In this document: piece by piece, positions 37,085 through 48,649 of the stretch
Layout: each line of letters starts with the position of its first letter
How positions within the stretch are numbered: the first letter of the stretch is position 1
Assembly (NCBI RefSeq): GCF_006345805.1
Contig: NC_043002.1
Location: 96,038,001 to 96,102,000, forward strand
Length of the DNA stretch: 64,000 bases
Direction of reading: 5' to 3'
From: Octopus sinensis
Lineage: Eukaryota
Notes under the pieces: model-generated
Databases searched by the model: none
What the model was told of the DNA's origin: nothing
Seen by the model: only the letters and a program-made list of their open reading frames with translations
Translations under genes and position numbers: made by a program

Positions 37085-37487
37085 AGAAAATGGAGGAAAA
37101 ACAGCAAATTGAAGTGCATCTTTGATGCTAAAAACCCATTATTTAATTAGTAAAGCAAGGTGAAGGTAAGAGTGAGTTTACTGCTGCTTCTGTGCACAAT
37201 GTTGGCGTAAATATGTATTTACCTCATTGCAAATGGTAGACGTCATCAGACTTCAAATTCAACCAACCCCTATTCTTCAACTACTTCACAACGGATTTAA
37301 TGAACTTTGAATGCAACTAAATTGTAACAGTTTCGAATCATTGAACATTTTCTTTTCTGGTTTTTCCGCCTACCTTGCACTCTATTCTCCTCTTTGTCTA
37401 TCTCTGACGTCTTCGGTCTGATGACGTCTACCATTTGCAACGAGGTAACATGGTACAAGGAAACAGCTATAAATTCACTATTACATT
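37085..37487. repeat. Old inverted-repeat element hosting the Gypsy insertion (right arm continues at 43119-43200); Penelope-like centre tentative
   Basis: 37085-37251 is the reverse complement of 37416-37487 joined to 43123-43200; the centre reads ILQLLHNGFNEL stop and contains ctctgacg/ctgatga. Confidence 0.6.
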
Positions 37488-37527
37488 TGTAACGTGAAAG
37501 GATCTATCATCGAAGCACTGGAAGGGT

Positions 37528-37902
37528 GTCGAGATCCTTTCTAGTCACATACAAAATTCTTGCAGAAAACAAACAGACGAAACTCAGGTAAAGGTGAACA
37601 GACAACTTGGTTTATTGATTCATGGTTGTACGTTGTCTGATGGGGGAATAGACACCTCTGATATACTGCTGGTGTTGGTCGTTGAGGTTGGTTGAAGTTG
37701 GTTGAAGCTGGTGTGTGGCTGTCAGAGCCAGGAAAACCGTGACCGATCGCAGTGCTGTCTTGAGCTGAAGAGAGAGATTTGAGGTTCGCGGGCTCGAGAG
37801 ATGTTTTCCCGCACATGCGCATGGGGAAGACTTCCGGTGGCCACCCGGAAGTAGTCCCATTCTGTGCACGCGCGCCGAACCCTACACAGTAGCATCACTA
37901 CA
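37528..37902 (-). repeat. Inverted copy of the Gypsy LTR (lacks the terminal 7 nt), preceded on the minus strand by the PPT
   Basis: Reverse complement of 42738-43111; gggctcccctcc at 37903. Confidence 0.9.
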
Positions 37903-38663
37903 GGGCTCCCCTCCGAGTGCGAAGTACGACAACCAGAATATTGTGGTGGTGCTGCAGAAAACAGAAGGCTTGCCGATCCCCCAGAAGACTTGGTACATAC
38001 TATTATACAATAAGAAACATTTTAAAGAAAGTTAAATGTAAATTGTTTTTGAAAGTTTCTTGGGCCAATGCACTGTTCTGCCCGATTTTGTAACATACGG
38101 TGTGCTCGGGGCACCCGTTGACGGCGAGGGTGGTGTTGTAGGAGCCGGTGAAGGCAAAGGCGTCTGTGCAGGTGAAGGCGTTTGTGCCGGTGAAAGTGTT
38201 GTTAAAGGTGCATAGGTGGGTGTGTCAAGGTTGTCATCAAAAGATGAAGACGTCTCAAAATGTGCCTTTTTAAAACGGTCCACGGAAACGGTCCCTCCGA
38301 ACGACCATTTATCTCAATCGTGAAACCTTTGGTGTGCGAGAAAGCACACGAAAAGGTCCTTTATAGGGAGAAACAAGTGGGCCCTTCACAGAATCGTCCC
38401 GAACAAACATGCAACCAGGTGTTCATATCCGGTGGAAGATGGGACGGTGGAGATTGCTTTCTGGGAAGCATGGGCGGAAGGTTTGAAAAATATTCCCGCA
38501 GTCTGGTGACATAGGTCGCCGGATCATGGGGCGGGGAAGTGTCTGGCACCAACATCGTACCGGGCAATGCCAGTGTGGTACCATACAGCAGCTCTGCAGC
38601 AGAAAACCCCATTTCTCGACCATACCTTCTGCCCCCTTCTCACAGATTCCTTCCGACAAAGGC

Positions 38664-39401
38664 ATGGCTTCAGGTTTGCCTTCATTTACGGGGGATGCGG
38701 GGCTGTGGTTTGCACAGGTGGAATCAAACTTTGCCGCGCATACCATTCCGCCACAACAGCAGTTACATCTACTGTATTCAAGTTTGCCCTCCCGGCTCGC
38801 AACATCGGTCAGGGATCTCATTGTGAGTCCCCATCCTGACGCCACATATGCGTCAGTAAAGGCGGAGATCCTCCGTCGCAACACGCACTCAGAAGAAAGT
38901 CAGTTTAATGAACTGATGGCCGACGAGCAGTTAGGGGACAGAACTCCATCCCAATTTCTGCGCCATCTAAGAGAGCTAAGCGGCAACGCCGCTGACACGC
39001 CGCTCTTACGTAAGATATTTTTCTCAAGGCTGCCTGCCCACGTGCAGACAATGTTGGCCACGGCACTGGATGCTGTGTCTGTGGACCAGATCGCCACGAT
39101 GGCCGACAAAGTGTTGGAGTTTTCGCGCCCATCTCCCTCGCGGGGCCTGTACGCATGTACAGAGCCCCCCCCGACACCTCCGACGAACGATAAACTGGGC
39201 GAGAACATCGACGCGCTTACGCGGAGGATCGATGATCTGTGCCGTGCGATCGGACGCCAATCTCGTAGTCGCAGTAGCTCTATTTCCCGCAGTCGGAGTG
39301 ACTCTGTTTCTCATTCCGGCTGGTGCTGGTACCATTCGAGATATGCCGAAAAGGCAGATCGGTGTACCCAGCCGTGCACTTTCAAGCCCTCGGAAAACTA
39401 A
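38664..39401 (+). CDS. Gypsy gag (true start may be upstream or lost)
   Basis: LPSF...LWFAQVESNF, LGDRTPSQFLRHLR, CWYHSRY...CTQPCTF are characteristic of CsRn1/Kabuki-like gag. Confidence 0.85.
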   Translation: MASGLPSFTGDAGLWFAQVESNFAAHTIPPQQQLHLLYSSLPSRLATSVRDLIVSPHPDATYASVKAEILRRNTHSEESQFNELMADEQLGDRTPSQFLRHLRELSGNAADTPLLRKIFFSRLPAHVQTMLATALDAVSVDQIATMADKVLEFSRPSPSRGLYACTEPPPTPPTNDKLGENIDALTRRIDDLCRAIGRQSRSRSSSISRSRSDSVSHSGWCWYHSRYAEKADRCTQPCTFKPSEN

Positions 39402-42400
39402 ATCCGGAGGAGGTGAGCACGTCACCTTCTTCCATCTCGTTTCCCAAACATCGTGCATTCTATGTAAAAGATCTGGTGTTGAAGACATTCTTCATGGTGG
39501 ACACCGGCTCCTGTTGCAGCATCTGGCCCCTTCGTCTGGCTGCAGACAAGCCCAAGCGCTCTTCGATTGTCTTGCATGCTATTGACTCGTCTCCATAACC
39601 ACTTACGGTCAGATTTCGCTGCGCCTCAACCTCAACCTTTGTCGAGACTTTCGATGGTTTTCGTCATCGCTGACATCCCGCATCCTATTCTCGACGCTGA
39701 TTTCCTGGATAGGTTTAACCTATTGGTGGATGTCAGGCGTCGGAGGCTTCTTGATAGCACGACGTCGCTCTCTACACCGACTGGGAGTTCCACCACTGCG
39801 GTCCTTAGCCCGACATTCTTTGTTGCCACCTCTGGAGACCCTTTTCACTCTCTTTTGGTTTCATTTCCGGAGCTAGTGGACATTGCATTTAAACCGGAAA
39901 AGCCTACCCACTCGACCCTCCATTTCATCACCACCAATGGGCCACCTGTATTCTCACGCCCCCGGCGCCTAGCGCCAGACCGACTAAAAACGGCCAGAGC
40001 CGAGTTTGAGCACATGCTTCAACTTGGCCTTATACGCCCCTCCACCAGCCCATGGGCACCTCCCCTTCATTTGGCGCGAATGGGCGAGTCTGATTTTCGC
40101 CCGGTTGGAGACTATCGACGCCTCAATGCCGTCACAATAGCCGATCGCTATCCGATTAGAAATCTCCGGGACTTTACGGCAAATCTCCATGGTTGTACCA
40201 TTTTTTCGAAGGTCGATCTGATACGCGCTTACCACCAATACCGGTCAACCCAGCCGACGTTCCAAAAACTGCAATCACTACACTACCCCGTTTGGGTGTT
40301 TTGAGTTTTTGTACATGAGTTTCGGTTTGCGGAATGCTACTAGCACCTTCCAGCGTTTCATTGATGAGGTTGTCCGCGGTCTTGATTTTGTGTTTGCCTA
40401 TGTCGATGACATACTCATTGCGAGCGACACACGAGAAATCATCTCCGGCACCTTTCTCAACTCTTCCAGCGTCTTCGCGCGTATAGCATACGCATAAACC
40501 CCGACAGTGTGTTTTCGGACGCTCTTCCCTAGATTTTCTAGGGCATCATATTGATTCGACTGGAATCAGCCCCCTCTCGTCAAAAGTCGATGCCATTCAA
40601 CGCATCGCACCCCCCACTTCCTTGCGCCAGCTCAGGCATTATCTAGGGATGGTCAATTTCTACCGACGCTTCATTCCCGGTTGTGCAGATAAGCTGCTAC
40701 CTCTCACCAGGCTGTTAAAGGACTCTCCTAGAAAGGACAGTCAAGTCACCCTCTCTGTTGAGGCAGTGACAGCCTTTGAGTCCATTAAGAAGGAGCTGGC
40801 TTCTGTTTCTTTGCTTGCACATCCAGTTCCTGGTGCTTCTCTCTCTTTGACTGTGGACGCATCGGACACTGCGATTGGCGCTGTGTTACAACACACAGTG
40901 GATGACCATGTTCGACCTCTAGCCTTCTTTTCCCGTCAACTGCAACCAGCTGAACGACGATACAGCACCTTTGATCGTGAGCTCCTAGCGATCTATCTAT
41001 CGGTTCGTCATTTCCAGCATCAACTTGAAGGGCGAGATTTTGTGATCTATACGGATCACAAGCCCCTTACGTTTGCCCTGTTTTCAAAAACGGACAAACT
41101 CTCTCCCCCGTGCTTTTCGGCACCTGGATTTTATCTCTCAATTTACTAGCAACATTCGACACATACCTGGAAAAGAGAACGTTCCTGCTGACGCTCTCTC
41201 TCGCCTTCCAGTTTGCGCCCTTTCGTCTCCTGCTGCTATCGACTTAGCTGCCATATCGCAGGAGCAGCCACCTTTGGCGTCGTTAGATTTAACTTCTCCC
41301 AAGTTCTCCTGTTGCCAGTTTTCCTACCTTCCGCTTCCGTCAGCCGAAGGCACCATTCTTTGTGACACTTCAACTGGATCTCCCAGGCCACTGGTGCCTG
41401 AGACCCATCAACGCTCAGTGTTTGAAGCACTGCACTCCTTATCACATCCTGGCATCGCTGCCACCCTCAAACTAATCACTGCTCGGTTTTTCTGGCCGAA
41501 TATGCGTCGCACAATTACTTCTTGGACACGCACCTGCTCCAAGTGTCAACGATCCAAGATTCAACGGCACGTTCGTGCCCCGCTTGGACAATTTCCCCCA
41601 CGGAGGCCCGTTTTCGCCATGTCCACATCGATCTGGTTGGACCATGGCCTGTGAGTCGCGGGTTCTCTTATCTATTAACTTGTGTCGATCGTCTCTCCGC
41701 TGGCCAGAAGCCATTCCGATAGCAGACATTTCTGCTGAGACTGTTGCGCGAGCTTTCGTTTCAAACTGGATTTCTCGCTTCGGAGTCCCGTCCCGATTGA
41801 CAACTGATCGTGGACGACAGTTTGAGGCCTCGCTATTTCGCGAATTGTCGCGAATTTTGGGTATGCACCATATCCACACCACAAGCTACCATCCAGCGTC
41901 TAATGGATTGGTTGAGCGGTTCCATAGACAGCTCAAGGCCGCTCTTCGTGCCTCTTCGGACCCACAGTCCTGGATCGAATTTCTGCCCATTGTGCTTCTC
42001 AGCTGTCGGACTGCTGTCAAGGCAGACCTGGGGTTTTCTGCTGCAGAGCTGCTGTATGGTACCACACTGGCATTGCCCGGTACGATGTTGGTGCCAGACA
42101 CTTCCCCGCCCCATGATCCGGCGACCTATGTCACCAGACTGCGGGAATATTTTTCAAACCTTCCGCCCATGCTTCCCAGAAAGCAATCTCCACCGTCCCA
42201 TCTTCCACCGGATATGAACACCTGGTCGCATGTTTTTGTTCGGGACGATTCTGTGAAGGGCCCACTTGTTTCTCCCTATAAAGGACCTTTTCGTGTGCTT
42301 TCTCGCACACCAAAGGTTTTCACGATTGAGATAAATGGTCGTTCGGAGACCGTTTCCGTGGACCGTTTTAAAAAGGCACATTTTGAGACGTCTTCATCTT

Positions 42401-42618
42401 TTGATGACAATCTTGACACACCCACCTATGCACCTTTAACAACACTTTCACCGGCACAAACGCCTTCACCTGCACAGACGCCTTTGCCTTCACCGGCTCC
42501 TACAACACCACCCTCGCCGTCAACGGGTGCCCCGAGCACACCGTATGTTACAAAATCGGGCAGAACAGTGCATTGGCCCAAGAAACTTTCAAAAACAATT
42601 TACATTAACTTTCTTTAA
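39392..42618 (+). pseudogene. Gypsy pol (PR-RT-RNaseH-IN) broken by several 1-bp frameshifts
   Basis: MVDTGS (protease), RPVGDYRRLN and FSKVDLIRAYHQ, AYVDDILIAS (RT), LTVDASD...YTDHKPL (RH), HSLSHPG...CSKC (IN zinc finger), TTDRGRQF...VERFHR (IN core). Confidence 0.9.
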
Positions 42619-42737
42619 AATGTTTCTTATTGTATAATAGTATGTACCAAGTCTTCTGGGGGATCGGCAAGCCTTCTGTTTTCTGCAGCACCACCACAAT
42701 ATTCTGGTTGCCGTACTTCGCACTCGGAGGGGAGCCC

Positions 42738-43118
42738 TGTAGTGATGCTACTGTGTAGGGTTCGGTGCGCGTGCGCAGAATGGGACTACTTCCGGGTGGC
42801 CACCGAAGTCTTCCCCATGCGCATGTGCGGGAAAACATCTCTCGAGCCCGCGAGCCTCAAATCTCTCTCTCGGCTCAAGACAGCACTGCGATCGGTCACG
42901 GTTTTCCTGGCTCTGACAGCCACACACCAGCTTCAACCAACTTCAACCAACCTCAACGACCAACACCAGCAGTATATCAGAGGCTGTCTATTCCCCCATC
43001 AGACAACGTACAACATGAATCAATAAACCAAGTTGTCTGTTCACCTTTAACCTGAGTTTCGTCTGTTTGTTTTCTGCAAGAATTTTGTATGTGACTAGAA
43101 AGGATCTCGACCACTACA
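42738..43118 (+). repeat. Gypsy 3' LTR (381 bp)
   Basis: TGTAGTG...CACTACA terminal IR, preceded by PPT ggaggggagccc, with AATAAA inside. Confidence 0.92.
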
Positions 43119-43299
43119 CATTCACTTTGCTTAACTAATTAAATAATAGCATTTTAGCACCAAAGATTCACTTCTATTTGTTGTTCTTCCTCCCTTTTTT
43201 TTTATGTATATACACATTAAACTATGGTGTACCTTTTTAAGTTACCTGCTGCCGTATACCTTATACCAAGGAGCATAATTAGGTAATTATCAAGAAAGC

Positions 43300-43862
<563 letters not shown>

Positions 43863-43879
43863 GAAAATTGGACCTTTGG

Positions 43880-44505
43880 AAATATGCTGAGCTTGAGAAG
43901 ACTCGGCAAACCAAGTGAGACCATAACCTTGTGGCCTATGCCAGGGGTGTAACCAGTCCACTTATGTGTACCTTTCCTTCATCGGACACTCAACTCTGCT
44001 TGCGAAAACCTGTTGAGGCAAGTGAAATCGAAATCGAAATCAAATTCGATGACTGGCATCCATGCTAGTGGTGCGCTAAGAGTACCATACAAGTGTGATC
44101 GTTGCCAGAGCAACAGACTGGCTTCGGTGCCGGTGGCACATAAAACGCACCGTTTGAGCGCGATCGTTACCTGTGTCATCTTACTGGTACTACTGCTGGT
44201 GGCACGTGAAAAACATTTGAGTGAGGTCGTTGCCAGTGCCGCTGGACTGGCTCCTGTGCAGGTGGCACATAAAAAGCACCGTTTGAGCGTGGTGTTGCCC
44301 GTACCGCCTGACTGGCCCTCGTGCCAGTGGCACCTAAAAGCACCCACTAAACTCTCGGAGTGGTTGACATTAGGAAGAGCATCTAGCTATAGAAACTATG
44401 CCAGATTAGATTGGAGCCTGGTGCAGCCATCTGGTTTGCCAGACCTCAGTCAAATCATCCAACCCATGCTAGCATGGAAAGTGGGCGTTAAACGATGATG
44501 ATGAT
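43880..44505 (+). mobile_element. RTE LINE 3' end, related subfamily with modular 3'UTR and (GAT)n tail
   Basis: gagaagactcggcaaaccaagtgagaccataacc...aacccatgctagcatggaaagtgggcgttaaacgatgatgatgatg. Confidence 0.8.
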
Positions 44506-44799
44506 GATATATATGCATGTATATATATTACATATGCATGCATATATATACATATGCATGCATATATATATGTATGTATATATATGTATATATATATATA
44601 TATATAATAATAAATATTAGGGAATAAATCCAAATTTACAGGGAAAAATCAGATTTAGGATTGAATCCAATTTTATAGTAAAATATTATATAATATTAAT
44701 TAATTGTAGTGGCGAATTTAATTTTATTTAATTTATATAAAATTTTGTATGTATTGGATTAAGTCTTTCTTTGTTTGATTTGCATAATAGTGGTTTTGT

Positions 44800-44812
44800 C
44801 TCTAATTAATAT

Positions 44813-44844
<32 letters not shown>

Positions 44845-45001
44845 ATATACATGCATGTATATATATGTATGCCTGTATATATATATATATGCATGTATAT
44901 ATATATGTACGCTTGTATATATATATATGCCTATATATATGAATATATGCATGTATATATCTATGCATGTATATATATATATGCATGTAAATGTATATAT
45001 A

Positions 45002-45042
<41 letters not shown>

Positions 45043-45066
45043 TATATATATACATACATACATGCA
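44800..45066. repeat. (TA)n/TGCA compound microsatellite
   Basis: Direct inspection. Confidence 0.95.
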
Positions 45067-45068
45067 TA

Positions 45069-45500
45069 CTAGCAGAGATACCCGGCGTTGCTCGTGTTAC
45101 AGGCAATTGAAGAATTAGACTTTTCTGTTATATTTTCTCTAATGAACTGGAATACCTATGATTCAAATTTCCTCAAAATTGCAGATGAAGGTTCTTTCCC
45201 TCTTTACACACTGTAAAAAAATTCTATTCATGACACGTATCGCATGCTACTGATCTTTATGTGCAGATTCCAAAATTCCAGTCTTATGGAACCTGTTAGA
45301 AGGATTTTGCTCCTGAAAAATGGAGGTCATGGAGCTCTAAAATGTGGGAGTTAAGGCTCCTATTGAGAGTTGGTGTCTTAATATCAACCAGAGAAGTTGA
45401 ATTGTTGAGAATCTTTTTAACTTGGGTCTCACATCTATTGTTTGAATTTCTTTGAAATAGGAAATATATTTTCACTGGGTTTGTAAAAGAGAGCAAAGCT
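45069..45500 (-). mobile_element. Helitron-like 3' end
   Basis: Minus strand reads cacgagcaacgccgggtatctctgCTAG|t, the same hairpin-plus-CTAG end as at 47604-47631; the inner boundary is uncertain. Confidence 0.55.
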
Positions 45501-46079
45501 ACAGGAAACCAAAAGACGAATTGTCTTTTGCAGTCAGCTACCCTACCCTAGTCATTACCACTCCCAATGTAGGATTCCTCACCATCCAGGTGACAGGCAC
45601 AACCGTAAGATGCATTACAAATCTATAGCAATTGGAAGGGTGTGACCCAACTGAAATCAAAATTAACAACTGTGTGATGTGAGGGCTAAGGAGAAATGAA
45701 AGTGTCACCTCTGGAGTTTGCAAATGACCACTATACTGATACATAACTGGACAGAATAAATTTACAATGTATAAATGTCTTTGAATAACCAGTCACTCAT
45801 CTGGGAAGGCCTTGAAATCAATGTTACCATGTGGAGACTATGTGTGACCCAGTGATAATAAAAAGACTCAAAGGAGGTCTGCAATCAAATAACTTTACTG
45901 AACACTTTGCAACTGAATCAGTGGAGGCAAAGATGCCTCTCATTTACTTGACACTTTATGCACCACATTGCAGAAATCACAATCTAAGTGTATGTTAAAG
46001 CAAACTCTTACACTATTGTACCATTGAATTACAAATAATGCTCATCTTTTATGCTCAGGTAACCCTACAGATTTTATAC

Positions 46080-46745
46080 CTGTGTGTGGCAGATGCACAG
46101 GGGCAATAAACACCGAAGATGTACAGAAAATAGATTCCATCACATGCCTGGGGGAAAGACTAGAAGTAGTTGATAGCTTTCATTACCTAGGTGACCAAGT
46201 CAGTAGTTGGGGTGGATGCTCTGAGAAGAAGCTGCTAGAATAAGAATAGCCTGGGCAAAGTTCAGAGAGCTCCTAACTCTGCTGGTAAGAAAGGGCCTCT
46301 CACTCAGAGTGAAAGGTAGACTGTATGATGCCTGTGTGCGAACAGTCATGCTACATGGCAGTGGAACATGGGCTGTGACTGCTGAGGACATGTGTAGGCT
46401 TGAAAGAAATGAAATTAGTATGCTCCATTGGATGTGCAATGTCAGCGTGCATACATGACAGTATAAGCTCCCTGAGAGAAAAGTTGGACATAAGAAGCAT
46501 TAGATGTGGTGTACAAGAGAGACAACTGTGCTGGTATGCTCATATGTTGCATGTTGATGAGGACAGCTGTGTGAAGAAGTGTCATACCCTAACAATGGAG
46601 GGAATCTTTTGAAGAGGTAAACCTGGGAAGACATGGGATGAGGTGGTGAAGCACAACCTTTGAACTTTGGGCCTCACAGAGGTAAGGACAAGTGACCGAG
46701 ACCTTTGGAGACATGCCTTGCTTGAGAAGACCAGACAAGCTACTA
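46080..46745 (+). mobile_element. RTE LINE ORF2 3' fragment
   Basis: VCGRCTG...VVDSFHYLGD...LLTLLVRKGLSLRVKGRLYDACVRTVMLHGSGTW...GKPGKTW. Confidence 0.8.
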
Positions 46746-47142
46746 CAAAAATAACCTCAAAAATGAGGCTGGGTCACACAATTTTAAAGTCATCAGCTGA
46801 GGGAGGCAACTCTGCCTGAAGTATGAAGTTTTGAACTCATTATCTTATGGTTAGTAATCCATTTCAAGCCATTAAGTCTTTAAACATTATTTTACTACGT
46901 TTAGTCTTTCGACTGTCACCATGATGGGGTATCACCATCAAATATTTAATTGATCATACTGACCTCAGTATGTATTTCAATCTGAAGTTTGCTTTCCAAC
47001 CACATGGTTCCATGTTCAGTCCTTCTGCATGGTACCTAGGGCAAGTGTTTTTTTATTATAATCCTTGGCTAACCACAGACTTGTAACTGAATTTGGTAGA
47101 TGGAAACTGCAGCTTTGTTCATCAGAAAATGACCATAAAACA

Positions 47143-47631
47143 TCTCTATATATATAAACGGCAAAATGTCTGCGTGTGTATCCTTTATACAAATCCACAA
47201 TTTTTCAGTTAGAGGGCTCGCACTTTCTATGGTCATTCAAAACCGTCCAAAGGTGGTCGTGCACATCTTTACATTTCCCCAGTCACCCTGCAAAGCCATT
47301 AAAAAATCAATAGAATTGACTTTTTTGTGAATTTTCTATCCAAAACCCAATCAAAATGCCTGAAACTTGATATGCCAATTGAATGCCAGCTAGCTGTATG
47401 TGATTGGTTGGAGATTTGGACAGTACTCACGTGTATGTGCGCATGCACGCAGCTGTATATGCATGCACTAGCACTATGACTCGGTGTTGCCAGGTCATAG
47501 TGCTAATGTTTATATAAAAGAGTTGTTTGCTTCATATTCTTCCTGTGCTGATTCTGCCCAGAAAAAAGGAACACATAATACAAAGGGGCTGTAGGTCATA
47601 ACACCAGGGCAACGCCAGGGTGCATTGCTAG
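47143..47631 (+). mobile_element. Non-autonomous Helitron
   Basis: A|TCtctatatatataaa 5' end, subterminal ccagggcaacgccaggg, CTAG|T 3' end; inserted between A and T with no TSD. Confidence 0.7.
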
Positions 47632-48649
47632 TTATATATATAATTTACAATCATAAAGGATGACAGTAACTTTGAAATTTATCAGTCCCTGATTATGATT
47701 GGCAAAACTTTCAAGTTCCTGTCACCCTTTTCCTTGTACATATGTGTATATATTTTCAACTCAAGATATTTCAAGTAATTTCCTGTTTTGAGTTTCTAGC
47801 TACAAGATTTCAAAGTACTGTATGTGAAGATGTCTCTGAAAACCAAAAAATGTTTTGTTTTGTTGAATTATATTATGTTGTATGTATACAGGAGAAAGAC
47901 CAATGTCTATGGCATATATATATATATAACATAACAACCATTTAATAATGTGGATTGAAAAATATCTCTAACATATAGGCATAGGCATAGGAGTGTGTAT
48001 ATATATATATATATACACACACACACATATATATAATTTTTGGGACTCATGACTATATGTCAATTAGTGTGTTGAGTAAAGCACGTTCACAATTTGGGCT
48101 ACCTGGTATCATCCACATTTGGGGTATATTTCTGCTGGATCTACTTCAGGAATTCCGTAGTTTTAGCTGAGATAATAATAATCAAAAGAAGGAAATGGAG
48201 AATGGATTAGTCTTTGTTCAGTACGAACATCATTTCGACCCCTCCTGCAACTGTCCTTTATGGGTGTGATGTTGAGCATCCAATTGTGTTGCATTGGTCA
48301 GTGTACTCAGGGTCACATTCCTTTCCTTCAATGATTATCATATATGTGTGTATATATATGTATATATATATATATATATAAAATTAGAAAAAACCCACCT
48401 TTTATCAATTCAAAATGAACAATTAAATTACACCATCTAGAAAATTACATATAATAGAAATATTAAAATTAAAATAACAATAAAATATCAATGATTAAGT
48501 AAATTGCAAAAAAAATAAATAATAAAAACGTATAAATATATATATATTATATATATATATATATATACTTACATATATATATGCATGTGTATGTATGTTA
48601 ATAAAATAGATGAATAGAGTTTGCATACAGTCAAAGTCACACAAAGCAA

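Larger units (their letters stand above)
37488..43118 (+). mobile_element. Ty3/Gypsy LTR retrotransposon with inverted terminal arms and a 4-bp TSD
   Basis: TGTAACG...CACTACA ends; CATT at 37484-37487 and 43119-43122; gag, PR, RT, RH and IN present; arms 37528-38611 and 42029-43111 are reverse complements. Confidence 0.9.

Noticed and set aside
37528-43111. Simple fold-back read chimera
   Set aside because: A missed-adapter artefact mirrors at a single point, whereas here 3.4 kb of unique gag-pol separates the arms and the flanks reconstruct a clean empty site. A more complex misassembly is not excluded.
37488-43118. DIRS-type element (inverted terminal repeats)
   Set aside because: It encodes a DDE integrase with an HHCC finger, protease and PPT, and has a TSD; no tyrosine recombinase is present.
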